Positions 1 through 10,795 of a DNA stretch of 64,000 nt are shown here, piece after piece (within the stretch, counting starts at the first letter, position 1; every line of letters starts with the position of its first letter). Made by a program: the position numbers and the translations under genes. Location of the stretch: positions 64,001 through 128,000 of the IMG/VR virus record IMGVR_UViG_2907128583_000005; one strand, given 5' to 3'. The stretch is from a virus (Duplodnaviria > Caudoviricetes). The notes under the pieces were generated by a model that had not been told where the DNA came from, searched no databases, and saw only the letters and a list, made by a program, of their open reading frames with translations.

Positions 1-112
1 TTCTTGGGTTACATACACGCTTGATGAATTTATTTTTTGAACGGTAAATTCTTTGAGATTTTCGTCTTTGAATAAAAAGCCTCTTATATTCACATATAAG
101 GTTTGCCCCACC

Positions 113-304
113 TCAATTTTTTTCACTAGAATTCTCCTTTTCTCTAAAGTCTATTATACTGATATTTCCACCCGCTTCATTATAGTCAACAAGCGTTCGT
201 TTAATGCTGTCCAACATGACATTACAATTCTCTTTGCTTGGGTTTTGCGAGATGTTGTAGAGCATATTGGACAATCCACGCATAGTAACTTCTAAGTAAC
301 TCAT
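113..304 (-). CDS. hypothetical phage protein
   Basis: 63-aa ORF overlapping the upstream stop (ATGA coupling). Confidence 0.6.
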   Translation of the reverse strand: MSYLEVTMRGLSNMLYNISQNPSKENCNVMLDSIKRTLVDYNEAGGNISIIDFREKENSSEKN

Positions 305-549
305 TGCTTTGCAAACTCCTTTCTACTTTTAATCAAGTTTTCGACCTCTACCTTATATTCTTCAGGACTTGAATGCTCATAATCCGCTATGTCTTCAACA
401 TCTTTAAATAGTTGATAGGTTAAGTCATAGAATAACTCTCTATTAGGTAAAGACTCCCGATATGCATTGATCCGATTTTTATATTTATAAATTTGTTCAA
501 TGCCACAATCTTTCCACATTTTCAACAGTAATAATTCTAATTCGTTCAT
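301..549 (-). CDS. hypothetical phage protein
   Basis: 82-aa ORF with GAGGGG RBS. Confidence 0.7.
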   Translation of the reverse strand: MNELELLLLKMWKDCGIEQIYKYKNRINAYRESLPNRELFYDLTYQLFKDVEDIADYEHSSPEEYKVEVENLIKSRKEFAKQ

Positions 550-578
550 AACATTGTACCCCCCTCATCTTAATAAAA

Positions 579-833
579 TTAGATTTTTATCTCGTTCTTA
601 ATTTCTATTTTAATTTGTTCAAACAATTCTATTGCTTTTTGTTGAATTCCCTTAGAGAACATTGACAGACTGATATATTCTGTTTCTGAACACTCCAATG
701 TCTTTCCAAATAATTTCCCCATCGAGATATCAACTTTAATTTTTGCACTTCCATTAAGTTCATCAGCTTTCCCAAAATAATTTTCACTACTAAGTGAAAC
801 ACTAATCAGTTCACAATCCACACTACTTTTCAT
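579..833 (-). CDS. hypothetical phage protein
   Basis: 84-aa ORF with AAGGAG RBS. Confidence 0.7.
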   Translation of the reverse strand: MKSSVDCELISVSLSSENYFGKADELNGSAKIKVDISMGKLFGKTLECSETEYISLSMFSKGIQQKAIELFEQIKIEIKNEIKI

Positions 834-862
834 TGAATCATCTCCTTAATTGTTTGCGTAGT

Positions 863-1144
863 TCACTTCAAATGATCTGCAATTCTATTTTTGGGCAATC
901 TCATTATAATGGCTGCGCCAAAATCATTTAATGCGTCTTCACCCTTAATTGCATCTTCAGGAATCCAAACTTCAAGTTTGACTCGGTAATAGCCCTTGTT
1001 CTTTCCTTTCTTAGATGGCGCGTAAGTGCTAATCATCCCTGAAGGTGGAGCCAAGACCATTAAACTGTCATTATATTTTTCTAACACTTGATCTACATAC
1101 ATCCCAACCATTTCTTTATTAGCTCCAAAAATCACTTTACTCAT
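863..1144 (-). CDS. hypothetical phage protein
   Basis: 93-aa ORF with AGGAGG RBS. Confidence 0.75.
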   Translation of the reverse strand: MSKVIFGANKEMVGMYVDQVLEKYNDSLMVLAPPSGMISTYAPSKKGKNKGYYRVKLEVWIPEDAIKGEDALNDFGAAIIMRLPKNRIADHLK

Positions 1145-1225
1145 TATATTTATCCTCCTATTAGTATTATTAATACAAAGTTATATGAATATATCATCTT
1201 GATAAAAGACGGCTTTTACGAAGAG

Positions 1226-1513
1226 TTACACAAGCAACTTTCCTTCTAATCGATCATATGCGTTTTTTACATTCTCGCTAACTTCTATGTATTTATTATA
1301 ATCTTTAGTTAAATCAATTACTTTGCCGTTTTGTACCGTAAACTGAAGATGATAGTACTGAATATATTTTCTGCCTTCATATTCAGCAAATTTCCTTCCC
1401 AATGTAACTGCCCTTTTAATTTTGTATTCAACATCAGTGATTGAATCACACTTTAAATAACTAATTGGACAACACACTTTAAACTGCTCAATAACTCTGT
1501 TACTTACTTTCAT
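1226..1513 (-). CDS. hypothetical phage protein
   Basis: 95-aa ORF with AGGAG RBS. Confidence 0.7.
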   Translation of the reverse strand: MKVSNRVIEQFKVCCPISYLKCDSITDVEYKIKRAVTLGRKFAEYEGRKYIQYYHLQFTVQNGKVIDLTKDYNKYIEVSENVKNAYDRLEGKLLV

Positions 1514-1536
1514 TCAACTGTTCTCCTATGTATTAT

Positions 1537-1719
1537 TTAATTTAATATGATTGATTCATTGTTATATGCTTCAGCAAACTCCTTATAGAATTTATTATTA
1601 TTATCAAATTCATCCTGACCATCTTTAATGCCTAGTTCATAGCACATTTTCCTATGTCCTTCTCTGATTTCCTCAAATGCTTTACTCCAAAATATCTTTT
1701 GTATAATGTTTTGAATCAA
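1537..1719 (-). CDS. hypothetical phage protein
   Basis: 60-aa ORF, TTG start after AAGGTG. Confidence 0.55.
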   Translation of the reverse strand: MIQNIIQKIFWSKAFEEIREGHRKMCYELGIKDGQDEFDNNNKFYKEFAEAYNNESIILN

Positions 1720-1726
1720 ATTTAAT

Positions 1727-1951
1727 TCACCTTCCTTCCCGTGAGATTAACGAACTTGCCAAACTTCTCAATCTTATATGGTCTTGGAGAGCTGGACTGA
1801 TATTCCAATAATTCATTATACGTTTTTCGTTAGGCTTAAATTCTATACCTTTAAAATTTGTCTTTTCTCCAATAATAAATGTTGTTGATCTAGGATCACC
1901 ATCAACCCAACAGATATCCAGCAGTGTTTGTGCTTCATGACTTAATTGCAT
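1727..1951 (-). CDS. hypothetical phage protein
   Basis: 74-aa ORF with GAGG RBS. Confidence 0.6.
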   Translation of the reverse strand: MQLSHEAQTLLDICWVDGDPRSTTFIIGEKTNFKGIEFKPNEKRIMNYWNISPALQDHIRLRSLASSLISREGR

Positions 1952-1957
1952 GTTTTT

Positions 1958-2467
1958 TCATCCTCTCAGTGACATAAATAAAATGACAAAGTAATTGAAC
2001 AATAAGTGACTGCAAATTGGAACCAGTATGTTATTTGTCTTATTGTAATAGTGGCTCCATATCACACCAATAAATACGTAACCAAGGAAACCTACTAGAT
2101 TCCAATGCGGTAAAGCAAATAAAACAGAACTTAGTATTGAAGCAATCCAAAAGTTATATTTCTTATGTAGTTTCGTGAATAGATACTTTCTACAAATTAA
2201 TTCTTCTGCTATCGGGCTAAAAATTATAGCGTATATATACATAATTGGCGTTTGAAGATGTGCAGTTGGCTGCTGAATAATAAACAATGATGAAAGTTTG
2301 GTTAGAGCAGAGTATCCCATAATGGCGAAACAAAATGAATTAAATATTGCTTCTCTGTTTATTTTAGTATTGATTTGCTTGTAATCTTCCCTGAACCAAT
2401 ACTTACCGTATTTCAGTATTAACCCCAGAATTATTGTTGGAGCTATATTTACAATGAGGGAAAACGT
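1958..2467 (-). CDS. CPBP/CAAX (Abi) family intramembrane metalloprotease
   Basis: Motifs PIAEELICR, FALPH and CSHLLFN; the frame stays open 49 codons upstream of the listed ATG (2320) to an ACG at 2467 preceded by GGGAGTG. Confidence 0.85.
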   Translation of the reverse strand, partial: TFSLIVNIAPTIILGLILKYGKYWFREDYKQINTKINREAIFNSFCFAIMGYSALTKLSSLFIIQQPTAHLQTPIMYIYAIIFSPIAEELICRKYLFTKLHKKYNFWIASILSSVLFALPHWNLVGFLGYVFIGVIWSHYYNKTNNILVPICSHLLFNYFVILFMSLRG

Positions 2468-2502
2468 ATATCGTCACTCCCTTTGTTGTGGATGTTTTTC
2501 AT
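2449..2502 (-). CDS. putative 17-aa peptide MKNIHNKGSDDIRFPSL
   Basis: AGGAGG plus 8 nt then ATG; overlaps the RBS and start of the CAAX gene. Confidence 0.4.
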   Translation of the reverse strand: MKNIHNKGSDDIRFPSL

Positions 2503-2519
2503 TTCAACCACCTCCTATT

Positions 2520-2552
2520 AAAAAAAAGTACAGGCTTCGTTTAACCTGTACT
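2520..2552 (-). terminator. intrinsic terminator after the DHFR gene
   Basis: AGTACAGG/CCTGTACT stem followed by a U-run on the minus strand. Confidence 0.7.
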
Positions 2553-2599
2553 CATATTATCATATTTATTTATTTTTGTATATAGGTATTTCATTATTT

Positions 2600-3091
2600 T
2601 TATTTATTTACTTCATAGTGAACAATTCTTATTGGATAGCCACTAGATTCTTCTGCTTCAACCTCAATACAATTAATCTCTCTCCATCTGCGATGATCAT
2701 ATAGTGGAAAAAAAGTGTCCCCACTAAACTCTCCCTCGATATGAGTTAGTATCATTTTATCCGAATAAGGAATAAATAACTCATAGACTTCTTTGCCACC
2801 TATTATAAAAGTTTCCTTAGAAGACTCTTTTGCGAATTTCAAGATATCATCTATATTGTTAAAGACTTCACATCCATTTGCTTTATATTTCATGTTTTTC
2901 GTGAGTATAATGTTAGTTCTGTTATTAAGTGGTTTTCCAATACTCTCATATGTTTTTCTTCCCATTACAACGTTATTTCCTGTAGTTTGTGCTTTAAAAA
3001 AGTCCATATCGGCTTTAATTTTCCACGGGAGTCTATTACCGTTACCTATCAACCCATTCTTATCAAGCGCAGCTATAATTATAATGCTCAT
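2600..3091 (-). CDS. folA: dihydrofolate reductase
   Basis: LIGNGNRLPW, VVMGRKTYESI, IIGG and GDTFFP motifs. Confidence 0.97.
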   Translation of the reverse strand: MSIIIIAALDKNGLIGNGNRLPWKIKADMDFFKAQTTGNNVVMGRKTYESIGKPLNNRTNIILTKNMKYKANGCEVFNNIDDILKFAKESSKETFIIGGKEVYELFIPYSDKMILTHIEGEFSGDTFFPLYDHRRWREINCIEVEAEESSGYPIRIVHYEVNK

Positions 3092-3876
3092 ACCGATACT
3101 CGCATTTTAATGGATGGGTGCGATTGATAATCAAGCACCTTTACGTGTTTATCCACATCAAATTCATGAAAGTCTGTTACTGTTGGATCAAGCCACAACT
3201 TAGGGGCAGGATACGATGTACGGTTAAAGATTTCCTTAATAGGCTCATAGTGCTGTTCATACAGATGAGCATTAGTTATTGCTATCATCAATTCTCCAAC
3301 TTGTAAACCTGCTACTTGGGCAATCATATGCACCAAAATGGCTGTCTGAGCTATATTGTAGGGTAAGCCTAAAGCAACATCAGAAGATCTAATAGTTGTA
3401 TGCCAGTTTAACTTACCGTCATTCACATCGGCAATATGATTGAACATACAAGGAGTTAACGACATTTTATCCAAATCGGCAACTGCCCACAAATCAATAA
3501 CCATTCTTCTAGATTGAGGGTTGTTTTTAAGTTCGTCAATCAACTTATTGATTTGATTATGCTTTTTGATTTGAGCGCCATAAGCTTCACCGATAGTACC
3601 ATCAGGCAACTTCCATTCATCCCAAATCTTAATACCTCTATCATTTAACCATTGAACATCGTTCGAACCCTGCTGATAAATCCATAGCATTTCTTTAGTT
3701 AATGTTTTATATCCAGTGAATTTAAGTGTAAGAAGAGGGAACTCTTCAGCAAGATTGAATCGTAATACTTTTCCAAACACTTTTTTGCTACGATCTGTTG
3801 TTCTATTGGTATCTTCGTATCCATTCTCTAGAATATCTCTTACAAGAGCTAAATATTGATTATCAACGGATGACAT
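3088..3876 (-). CDS. thyA: thymidylate synthase ThyA
   Basis: SRR, LTPC catalytic Cys, RSSDVALGLPYN and AHLY motifs. Confidence 0.97.
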   Translation of the reverse strand: MSSVDNQYLALVRDILENGYEDTNRTTDRSKKVFGKVLRFNLAEEFPLLTLKFTGYKTLTKEMLWIYQQGSNDVQWLNDRGIKIWDEWKLPDGTIGEAYGAQIKKHNQINKLIDELKNNPQSRRMVIDLWAVADLDKMSLTPCMFNHIADVNDGKLNWHTTIRSSDVALGLPYNIAQTAILVHMIAQVAGLQVGELMIAITNAHLYEQHYEPIKEIFNRTSYPAPKLWLDPTVTDFHEFDVDKHVKVLDYQSHPSIKMRVSV

Positions 3877-3933
3877 TTTATCCTCTCCTTTTCATAAATA
3901 AAGGCAGTGGAATTACCACCGCCCAAGATTATA

Positions 3934-4713
3934 CTAGTTAAACCGTTTTGCACCAAGCTTAATTTGTCGTTTTACTTCTTCTTCAATCTTAGGTTCTGGA
4001 GCTTCCCAGCCTTCAGGCTTAATTACCTTACCTACTTCATTGTAGTGTGGCTTACCATCAGGGAAAATTTTAGACATGTTTGCTTGATGTACTAAATCAA
4101 AAATTTTATCTGGAATAACAGAAGTCTCAACAAATCCACCTTCAGCAAAATACTTGATGTCAGTAAGAGCATCAATTTGTCCAATTAGACGATCTTCAGG
4201 AAAAGGCTTAGTAAGTTGTTTATCGTAGGTTTCCTCGGCGTTCAGGACTAATTCAGCAAAAAACTTATCGAATCTCTCTTTGTTACCAGCAGTAGCATAC
4301 AACAACTCAATCACTTCCTCAAGAATAAAAGAGGCACGATTGATTGCCAATTTATCTGACAGGATAGTTGGCACATCTGGAGCAGGGCAATTAAATGCCT
4401 TTTGAAATTCACGTACCTTGAAGAAATCACTAGCATGGCTATCATTTTGAATCTTTACATTCTTAAGATGAAGGTTTCCGTTTAAATCAATCTTAATAAA
4501 TCCATCATTAGTAGAAGTCTGCTTATCCTTATATTTTCTGAGCATTTGCGTTTCGAACTTATTTGTACGTCTTTTATCTTTAATGAAGTATGTAACGACA
4601 GTAAGACCATTTAGTTGCCCCTTAACAACACCTTTTACCTTAAGCGGCTTGATGTAAACTTTTTCACCGATATTATAAAATGGTTGTTTTACTTGCTTGT
4701 TATTTTTTTTCAT
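3934..4713 (-). CDS. MazG-like/PRA-PH family nucleoside triphosphate pyrophosphohydrolase with basic N-terminal extension
   Basis: VREFQKAF...EEVIEL...DALTDIKYF...VHQANMSK...GKVIKPEGW pattern. Confidence 0.8.
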   Translation of the reverse strand: MKKNNKQVKQPFYNIGEKVYIKPLKVKGVVKGQLNGLTVVTYFIKDKRRTNKFETQMLRKYKDKQTSTNDGFIKIDLNGNLHLKNVKIQNDSHASDFFKVREFQKAFNCPAPDVPTILSDKLAINRASFILEEVIELLYATAGNKERFDKFFAELVLNAEETYDKQLTKPFPEDRLIGQIDALTDIKYFAEGGFVETSVIPDKIFDLVHQANMSKIFPDGKPHYNEVGKVIKPEGWEAPEPKIEEEVKRQIKLGAKRFN

Positions 4714-4743
4714 ATGTATAGTTGCTCCCTTTTATTGTTTCAT

Positions 4744-6052
4744 TTATTCTATAAAATAAAAATCTTCATCTCGTAATGATTCTGTATTGGCCTTTTGATA
4801 TGAGTTCCCTTTTAATGAAAAAAAGTCCATAGACTTGGTTTTTGTATCCAGTCCATTAATTACGATCTGATTTACTTCTTCATATTCAAAATAAGGATCA
4901 AAACCGATGTTCTGGAGTGCTTTATTTGCATTATACCTAAGGAACTTTTTAACATCGTGAGTTAATCCAACAGAATCATAAATATCTTCAGTATAATTCA
5001 GCTCATTGTCATATAGTTTAATCAATAGATTTAATGCAAAAGTAGATAATTCTTTCTTTGTTACGTCAGATTGCTTATTGTAAATTTCTTGAGCAAGTAA
5101 ACCGATGTATGCACCATGTATCGCTTCATCCATTTATGTTCCATTGAGTTCGCTATGCTCAATGCGTCTATAGCGACTGCTATGTATTTCTACATAGATC
5201 AGACCATATCACTCACCGTTTAGGTGACTCTCCATTTCCACCGTCAATCGCTTACGGTGTACTCTACTTCCTATGAGGTTTCGATGGTCGTTGCAGGTTC
5301 ATTGTGAGAAAAACCATCTGATGAATATCACCAAACATATCCATCAGTAGCTTCCCATATTTTCACACAATGCTTCCCTCATGATTGCCCTCGTCTTTAC
5401 GTTAGGGGTTCCCATGATAAAGAAGAGTTTTTCATAACATATTGCTATGCTAAGCCGCAATTCTACGGATTATTAAGTTAATGATCTCTCCACTTTGCAT
5501 TAATCGTCCCTGACCATAGCACAGTAATGGATAATAAAATCCACTATAAAATAGGAAGCTTTCGAGATAAACCGATGCAACCATTGCCTTATATAACGAG
5601 ATTTCATCATCCTGTTTAGCACCGTTGTAAACATCAACAATAATTGAAGCTTTCTTCTGCAAGTATTTATTTTCTTTTACCCATTCAAATAACAATTTTA
5701 TATCTTCAGAGGAAGCAAGTGTCATAAAGATATTGGAATATGATTTCGCATGTACTGCATTCTCCATCATAGCCATAAAGTTAAGAACTGCTTTTCTCTG
5801 ATGTCCTTTAACAAGTGCTGTAATCGTGGGCATTCCTGTATTTCCTTGTTCCGTATCTAATAATGTTAAGCCAGCAAGAGCCTTTTTGTATGTATCTTTT
5901 TCAGCGACACTCATGGACTTCCAAGTAAGAAGATCTCCGTTTAAACTTATTTCTTCCGGAAGCCAAAACTGTCTTGTGTTTTGATTGTAAAACATTTGAG
6001 TAAACGAATCTTCTTGAATTGACCAATCAGCCGCATCATATATCTTATTCAT
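4744..6052 (-). CDS. nrdF: class Ib ribonucleotide reductase beta subunit, spliced (exon 1 6052-5465, exon 2 5130-4744)
   Basis: [18 protein letters not shown] and FYSGFY; the EIINLIIR|DEAIHG motif is restored when 5131-5464 is removed; true start [10 protein letters not shown] at 6052. Confidence 0.95.
5131..5464 (-). ncRNA. group I intron (334 nt, no ORF) in nrdF
   Basis: 5' exon ends in U (CGU), intron ends in G; P1 CCGU/GCGG with a U.G pair; P7 GACCA/UGGUC; removal restores the frame and the IRDEAIH iron-ligand motif. Confidence 0.93.
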
Positions 6053-6071
6053 ATCATCATTTCCTTTCCAA

Positions 6072-8171
6072 TTAAACCGAACAAGACAAACAATCGTCTC
6101 TGGAAGTGTCTTTAGTACGCGCATAATATAATGTCTTGATGCCTTTATGGTGGGCATATAAATCAATTCTGTTTAAATCTCTTGTAGTGTGAGTGTCTTT
6201 CATAAATAAAGTAAAGCTAATAGCTTGGTCGATATGCTCTTGGATCGTTGCAATCATATCAACAACACGGAACATATCCATATCATATGCTTCTTTATAG
6301 AAAAACCACGTTTCAGGTGAAAGGTAAGGCATTGGATAATAAGTCTTAGAGTTCCCATATGTACGTTGTTCGATTTTTTCCATAATGGGCATCACCGAAG
6401 CAGTTGACGACTGAACATAAGAAATGCTTCCAGTAGGAGCAATTGCTAAACGATATGCGTTTCTTAAGCCATATTTCATAACAGCATCGCATAACGACTG
6501 CCAATCTTGGATTGTAGGGATATAGATACCATCAAAGAGAGTTATTGCTTTGTCAGTTTTAGGTGCATAATCCTGAGTAGTATACTTTTCAAAGTATTTT
6601 CCCGATGCATATTCACTGTCTTCAAAACGGTAAAACTTTTTCCCAGTCTCTTGCGCAATCTCCATAGATCTCTTTAGCGAATAGTAATTAACCATCATAA
6701 AAAATGTGTTTACGAAATCTCTGGCTTGTTCACTTTCATAGGCAATTTTATTTTTAGCCAAGAACCCATGAAGATTCATTGCCCCCAATCCTACAGATGC
6801 CATTAAATCATTTGCCAAACGAATAGCTGGTGCATTTTTAATTGAAGTTCGTTCAGCCACCTCTGTTAAAGCATCCATCGCAATTTCAACAGTTTCCTGA
6901 ATCGATTTATTTTCCATAACATTCACTATATTCAATGAGCTTAAATTACATGAAACGTCCATACCTAAGATATCTTCTTCGTCATAGTCATTGTATTGAG
7001 ATACTTTTGTTAATTGTTGAATTTCAACACAAAGATTGCTGAATTTTACTTTACCTATTTTTTTGAGTGCATGAACTGCATTTACGTTATCCTCGAACAT
7101 CATATATGGATAACCAGATTCAAATCGTAGAGATGCCATTTTTTCTAGTAATTTTCGAGGATTGATTTTATCTTTTCTTATTCTGGGATTTTCGACTAAC
7201 TTATCGTACATTTCATTTATATCCATATCATCTAAATGAACACCATATTCTTTAAATACCGTATGAGGATAAAATACATATGTGTCTCTATCATCCCTAG
7301 CGAGTTCAATAAATTTATCTGGAATTACAACACCAACAGATAAAGTTTTCACTCGAACATCTTCATCTGCTGAGATTTTTTTTGTGTCTAAAAAGTCATT
7401 AATGTCAGCATGGAAGACATTGAGGTATACAGCACCAGAACCTTGTCTTTGCCCCATCTGATCGGCATATCTAAACGCGTTGTCCAGCAGCTTCATAACG
7501 CCTACGACACCTTTTGTCGCATTTTCTACACCTTTAATTGCTTCTCCTTTTGCTCTAATCTTGGTAAGAGAAAGCGATACACCTCCACCAAGTTTGGATA
7601 GTTGCATTGATGTCTCAATTGCTTTTGAAATATCATTCAACGAATCTCCAACTTCCATAAGAAAACAAGAAACAAGTTCTCCTCTTCTTTTGCGTCCAGC
7701 GTTTAAAAAAGAAGGTGTGCTTGGTTGCAATTCTTGATTAATTAACGCTGTAACTAACTTTTTTGCCTTTTTATAATTTCCATTTGCAAGATAAAGGGCC
7801 ACGATTGCTACGCGATCTTCATAGCGCTCAAGTATTTTTTTCTTGTCGTTTGTTTTAAGAGCATAATCATTGTAGAATTTAAAAGCGCTCATAAATGAAG
7901 GGAATCTGAATTTCTTTGCATATGCAATATCATAAATATTCTTAGTTTCTTTATATGTATATTTATTTAAGAACTCTTCCTCATAGTAGTCATTCTCTAT
8001 AAGGTAGTCCAACTTTTCTTTTAAGTTGTGAAAGAAAACTGTATTTTGATTAATGTGTTCAATGAAATATGTTTTTACAGCCTCTTTATCCTTTTCAAAT
8101 TGATACTGTCCATTATTTTGAATCATTATTTGATTGTTTAACTCGATGTGTTTGGCTATTCTATTAGACAA
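6072..8171 (-). CDS. nrdE: class Ib ribonucleotide reductase alpha subunit
   Basis: [32 protein letters not shown] and C-terminal CLSC. Confidence 0.97.
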   Translation of the reverse strand: MSNRIAKHIELNNQIMIQNNGQYQFEKDKEAVKTYFIEHINQNTVFFHNLKEKLDYLIENDYYEEEFLNKYTYKETKNIYDIAYAKKFRFPSFMSAFKFYNDYALKTNDKKKILERYEDRVAIVALYLANGNYKKAKKLVTALINQELQPSTPSFLNAGRKRRGELVSCFLMEVGDSLNDISKAIETSMQLSKLGGGVSLSLTKIRAKGEAIKGVENATKGVVGVMKLLDNAFRYADQMGQRQGSGAVYLNVFHADINDFLDTKKISADEDVRVKTLSVGVVIPDKFIELARDDRDTYVFYPHTVFKEYGVHLDDMDINEMYDKLVENPRIRKDKINPRKLLEKMASLRFESGYPYMMFEDNVNAVHALKKIGKVKFSNLCVEIQQLTKVSQYNDYDEEDILGMDVSCNLSSLNIVNVMENKSIQETVEIAMDALTEVAERTSIKNAPAIRLANDLMASVGLGAMNLHGFLAKNKIAYESEQARDFVNTFFMMVNYYSLKRSMEIAQETGKKFYRFEDSEYASGKYFEKYTTQDYAPKTDKAITLFDGIYIPTIQDWQSLCDAVMKYGLRNAYRLAIAPTGSISYVQSSTASVMPIMEKIEQRTYGNSKTYYPMPYLSPETWFFYKEAYDMDMFRVVDMIATIQEHIDQAISFTLFMKDTHTTRDLNRIDLYAHHKGIKTLYYARTKDTSRDDCLSCSV

Positions 8172-8517
8172 TATTTGTTACCTCCAGTTTCACCTTTTCA
8201 ATGTCATTTAAGTTACCCGATAATTCAAATGTATGAATAAGAGGTGTTTCATATTGTTCTGATATTTTCTTTGCGGCACCATTATAATAACTGCCCCAGT
8301 TCATATTTCCACTACCAATGACACCTTTTAAATTGACATTGTTTTTTCTTAGGAACTTCTCAACTGACAATGGAACCTGCCCAAATCCAGTCGTGTAAGT
8401 GATTAATACGTAAGGTTCATCAACAATTAATCCTTCAACGATCTTTACGCATTTCATTTCAAGTTTCTTTGTAAATCGCTCCACATTACCAGTCAGTGAA
8501 TCATATATAATCAACAT
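8164..8517 (-). CDS. nrdI: NrdI flavodoxin-like protein
   Basis: YDSLTGNVERF, TYTTGFGQVP, GSGNMNWG, FELSG; directly upstream of nrdE. Confidence 0.95.
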   Translation of the reverse strand: MLIIYDSLTGNVERFTKKLEMKCVKIVEGLIVDEPYVLITYTTGFGQVPLSVEKFLRKNNVNLKGVIGSGNMNWGSYYNGAAKKISEQYETPLIHTFELSGNLNDIEKVKLEVTNIV

Positions 8518-8567
8518 TTTTCTTCTCGCATTTAAACCTCCTTATGCCCTACCGCCCACCCATACAA

Positions 8568-10792
8568 TCATTTATGTTTTAGTCTATCTTTTTCTTCTGC
8601 TCTCTTTGCAGAATTGAAACGATTCAGATTACCGACTAAATATCCTGTAACCCTACGAATCCGTGAGATATTCTCTTCATCACTCTCTCCACAAATAGGA
8701 CATTCTTTATTTATCACTCCATCAAAATTACAAGATAAACATTTGTCTATAGGATGATTGACGCTGAAATAACCCATGTTTTTACTTAGTGCATATTGAA
8801 CAATTCTCTTAAATGCTTGCAGGTTGTTCCTTGCATTTCCATCCAGTTCAACATAAGAAATGTGTCCTGCATTAGTTAATTTGTGAAAAGGAGCTTCGCG
8901 CTCAATTTTTTCGTATGCTTTAATCTCATAATAGACTGGCACATGAAAAGAGTTTGTTAGATAGTCTCTATCCGTTACACCCTCAATTTTTCCATATTGA
9001 TCTTGAAGTAATTTTGCAAACTTACCTGCTAGGCTTTCTGCTGGAGTAGCGAAGCAAGTGATATTCATATCATATTCATCAGATTTTTTATCACAATAAT
9101 CTTTGATGTAATAAATGATACTGTATCCCACTTTCCAAGCACTTGGACTTTCACCGTGATGGACTCCAAATAGCGCTTTAAGGCATTCAGCTAGCCCCAC
9201 AAATCCAATGCTAATTGAACCATTACGAAGTAAATCACCAATCTTCTCATTTGGTCTTAGTTTCTCTCCACCAATCCAAGAGCCATTCTGCATCATAAAG
9301 TCACTTGCCTTAGCTGGCTGTTCACACTGAATATTATAACGATGAATTAAACCTTCGAGAGCTACATCAAGAACTTCGTCCAATTTGTCCATAAAACCAT
9401 CAATATCTCTTTCTTCACGACCATTGACTATTCCATATTCGATTCCGAGCTTCGCAAGGTTTATAGAATTAAAAGAAAGATTGCCCCGACCAGACTGAGA
9501 AGGCTCTCCAAAACGATTAGATATTACACGTGTTCTACACAAATAGTTTATATGACATATCGAATCCATATGTCCTCACATTTCTATGAGTATCGGACTA
9601 TCTCTTGGCATTGCTGCCCCTATCTTTTGGATTCCTCTTGGAACCTACTCTACTCACTTCCATCTAAAGATGTGCTTTCGATAGTCTCTAGGCATTTAAA
9701 TAATGGGTCTTAAGGACAAACACCAATATTATTTAGCACGGGATTGCCATATCATTTTTTGACTTAGGTTTCCCCGTTTAGACAGGTTTTATATGAGCAG
9801 TAGATTTATTTACCCATAGTTGCAATTGCTGTATCTGGCTTGTTGGGATCGTAATATTGAAGATTGAAGTCTGCATCTACATTGCAGAAATTCGGAAAGA
9901 GACGTTTGCTTGAACATTCGAGTGCTTTCATGAATAAATCATAATTAGGCTCTCCATCATTCTGATTTATTCCTTTTTTACATTGAAAAATAAGTTGAGG
10001 GAAGATCGCCGTCTCTGAGTGTCCCAACCCATTTATTGATGCTGTTAATAGTGAATCTGAGATTAACCTTCCTTCAGTTGAAGTGCATAAACCAAATGTG
10101 ACGCTGGTAAATGGCACTTGACCTCCAGCACGAGATGCCATTGTATTAAGATTATGAATCAAACTCTCAGACGCTTGATATGTCTCAATCTTTGTTTCTT
10201 CTATTGCATATGTATATGATTTCGGAAATACCTTGCTAAGTTCTGTATTATCTAGATACAGTTGATCATCTTCGACTTCTGTATAAAACTCATTAAAGTA
10301 CTTTTGTCCTTTTCTAAAATGCTTTTTAAATGACTTAGTTACATATGGAGCTAAATCCCAGTCAAATTTTGAAGCTCCACAACCTCCGTATTGGCTATTC
10401 TGTTGACATTGAAAAATAATAGCTGCTTGAGCCATTGCAGTCATGATTGAGTTTGGTGATCTTACAGAGCCTTTATCACTAACTTCAAATCCATTTGCTA
10501 ATAACTTATCAAAGGGAATAAATATGCAGTTGTGTGTCCCAACTGCGTAATGATCTAAATCATGTACGTAAACATATCCTTCATCTATTGCCTTTACCAG
10601 TCTTTCGGGTAGTACAATATTTCGAGCATAAAGCTTACTGAATTCAGAACCAAATCTATTCATTTTTCCACTGTATGATTCACCATTAAGATTTGCATTT
10701 TCTTTTGTTATGTCTTCATTTGTCCCTGAAATAATTCCTTCGCCTAACTTATATATATCGCTCTTATTGTGTTGCGTATGTATCAACTCCAT
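8568..10792 (-). CDS. nrdD: class III anaerobic ribonucleoside-triphosphate reductase, spliced (exon 1 10792-9812, exon 2 9539-8568)
   Basis: HDLDHY and GGQVPF; ATMG|CRT restored by splicing; GRGNLSF, TPAESL, YLTNSFHVPV, CxxC..CxxC and the RRVTGYL glycyl loop. Confidence 0.95.
9540..9811 (-). ncRNA. group I intron (272 nt, no ORF) in nrdD
   Basis: Exon ends GGU, intron ends in G; P1 AUGGGU/GCUCAU; P10 UCUAC with 3' exon GUAGA; P7 GACUA/UAGUC; core resembles the nrdF intron. Confidence 0.92.
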
Positions 10793-10795
10793 TAA

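Noticed and set aside
6053-6166. 38-aa N-terminal extension of NrdF in the ORF track
   Set aside because: It overlaps the nrdE 3' end; the RBS and family N-terminus point to the ATG at 6052
6072-8171. Intein or intron in nrdE, as in SPbeta
   Set aside because: The 699-aa ORF is continuous and of normal NrdE length
4744-10792. nrdF and nrdD as frameshifted pseudogenes
   Set aside because: The gaps have group I intron boundaries and core helices, and their removal restores the catalytic motifs exactly
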